A stretch of 64,000 nt of DNA from Actinomycetes bacterium (lineage in GTDB: Bacteria; Actinomycetota; Acidimicrobiia; Acidimicrobiales; JAMCPL01). The translations under genes were made by a program, and so were the position numbers. Location of the stretch: contig JAKAWR010000002.1 of NCBI GenBank assembly GCA_021816935.1, forward strand, positions 3,039 to 67,038, in the 5' to 3' direction. Every line of letters starts with the position of its first letter. Within the stretch, counting starts at the first letter, position 1. Under the pieces are notes generated by a model. That model did not search any database. It saw only the letters and a program-made list of their open reading frames with translations, and had not been told where the DNA came from. Below, piece by piece: positions 63,225 through 64,000 of the stretch.

Positions 63225-64000
63225 ATGCGTGGAAACCGGCTTAGAGCCTCAGCGGATAGGGGGGATGTACAACACGTATCCGGAGGCCGGCAGGCCGTCC
63301 GGGCACGAACTCCAGGTCGCGCGACCCTTGGCGGGGGTCGGCTGGCCGCCCTGGCGACTGCCCTCCTCTCCCTGGGGTTGGCCACCGTTCCGCTGGCGCT
63401 GGTAATGATGCCCGTGCCGGCATTCGCAACCGGTAGCGGCTCGTCGGTCACCTCGCCGCAGATCATCATCTCGTCCACTTCGGCGGCGGCGGCGCAGGTG
63501 ACCTACAAAGTCGAGTTCACAGTCAGCGCCACCGGCGGCCTCGCTGGAGGCGCCGGGACGATCTCCCTGGTAGCACCCGCGGGAACCGCGTGGCCGGCGA
63601 CGGCAGCGGACTACTCGATAGAGGACCAGACGACCTCCGGCGGGAACGGCACTCCCTCCACCATTGACATCGGCGACAACGGCCAAGTGGTGGCGATTAC
63701 CGTCCCCAATACGATCAACAACTCCGACCAGCTGATCGTAAAGGTCCTCGGCGTGGCCAACCCGCTTTCAGCCGGGTCGTACACGATCGGGGTCGAGACC
63801 TCCGCCGACACGGCGCTGGCCGATTCTACACCGTATGCGATCGGGTCCCCCACCTCGGTGGGAGCCGTCTCGGTGACTCCCTCGACCACGTCTGCGAATG
63901 CAACAGGCGTCAGCTACATAACGAACTTCACGTTGAGCTCGACCGGTGGCCTTGTCTCGGGTGAGGGCACGATCACCCTGAGCGCTCCGGAGGGAACCGT
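63225..64000 (+). CDS. secreted protein with repeated Ig-like ~95-aa modules; the 3' end runs off the window and it is not in the ORF track
   Basis: My own translation from ATG 63225 gives ..GRLAALATALLSLGLATVPLALVMMPVPAFA|TGSGSSVTSPQIIISSTSAAAAQVTYKVEFTVSATGGLAGGAGTISLVAPAGTAWP.. The module then recurs (..VSVTPSTTSANATGVSYITNFTLSSTGGLVSGEGTITLSAPEGT). The frame stays open to position 64000. Confidence 0.6.
   Translation, partial: MRGNRLRASADRGDVQHVSGGRQAVRARTPGRATLGGGRLAALATALLSLGLATVPLALVMMPVPAFATGSGSSVTSPQIIISSTSAAAAQVTYKVEFTVSATGGLAGGAGTISLVAPAGTAWPATAADYSIEDQTTSGGNGTPSTIDIGDNGQVVAITVPNTINNSDQLIVKVLGVANPLSAGSYTIGVETSADTALADSTPYAIGSPTSVGAVSVTPSTTSANATGVSYITNFTLSSTGGLVSGEGTITLSAPEGT
63239..63262. 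repeat. solo arm of the hairpin repeat family, copy 3
   Basis: gcttagagcctcagcggataggg equals the reverse complement of 58235-58257. I saw no partner arm nearby. Confidence 0.7.

Overview
High-GC chromosomal window that looks actinobacterial (Actinomycetota), judging by a treS-mak pair, the hisDCBHAF order, an actinobacterial-type PfkA and many lipobox lipoproteins. About half is ordinary housekeeping: pfkA (partial), treS-mak, meaB, two TPP enzymes, a GlcD-like FAD oxidase, proS, a CcdA/TlpA redox pair, an MFS transporter, hisD-hisC-hisB-hisH-hisA-hisF, an Fe(III)-type ABC importer and an acyl-CoA dehydrogenase. The rest is unusual. (1) At 36.8-58.0 kb there are two paralogous modules. Each encodes three type-IV-pilin-like proteins in PilV-PilW-PilX order, but hugely inflated (1127/379/1123 aa and 1300/339/1080 aa) and flanked by paralogous lipoproteins. 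I saw no pilus ATPase, platform protein or prepilin peptidase in the window. This is my best candidate for an undescribed system. (2) At 7.6-12.3 kb a convergent pair of membrane-anchored proteins each carries 14 copies of a cysteine-pair, degenerate BNR/Asp-box blade. (3) At 27.8-31.1 kb lies a decayed, mostly non-coding patch. It holds a coiled-coil/nuclease-like gene with perfect 63-bp tandem repeats, a Uma2 nuclease, a gene fragment and a family of hairpin repeats that recurs at 58.1 and 63.2 kb. I recognised no rRNA, tRNA, CRISPR array, integrase or transposase. Many long antisense ORFs in the track are high-GC artefacts. All family calls rest on reading motifs in the translations; no searches were run.
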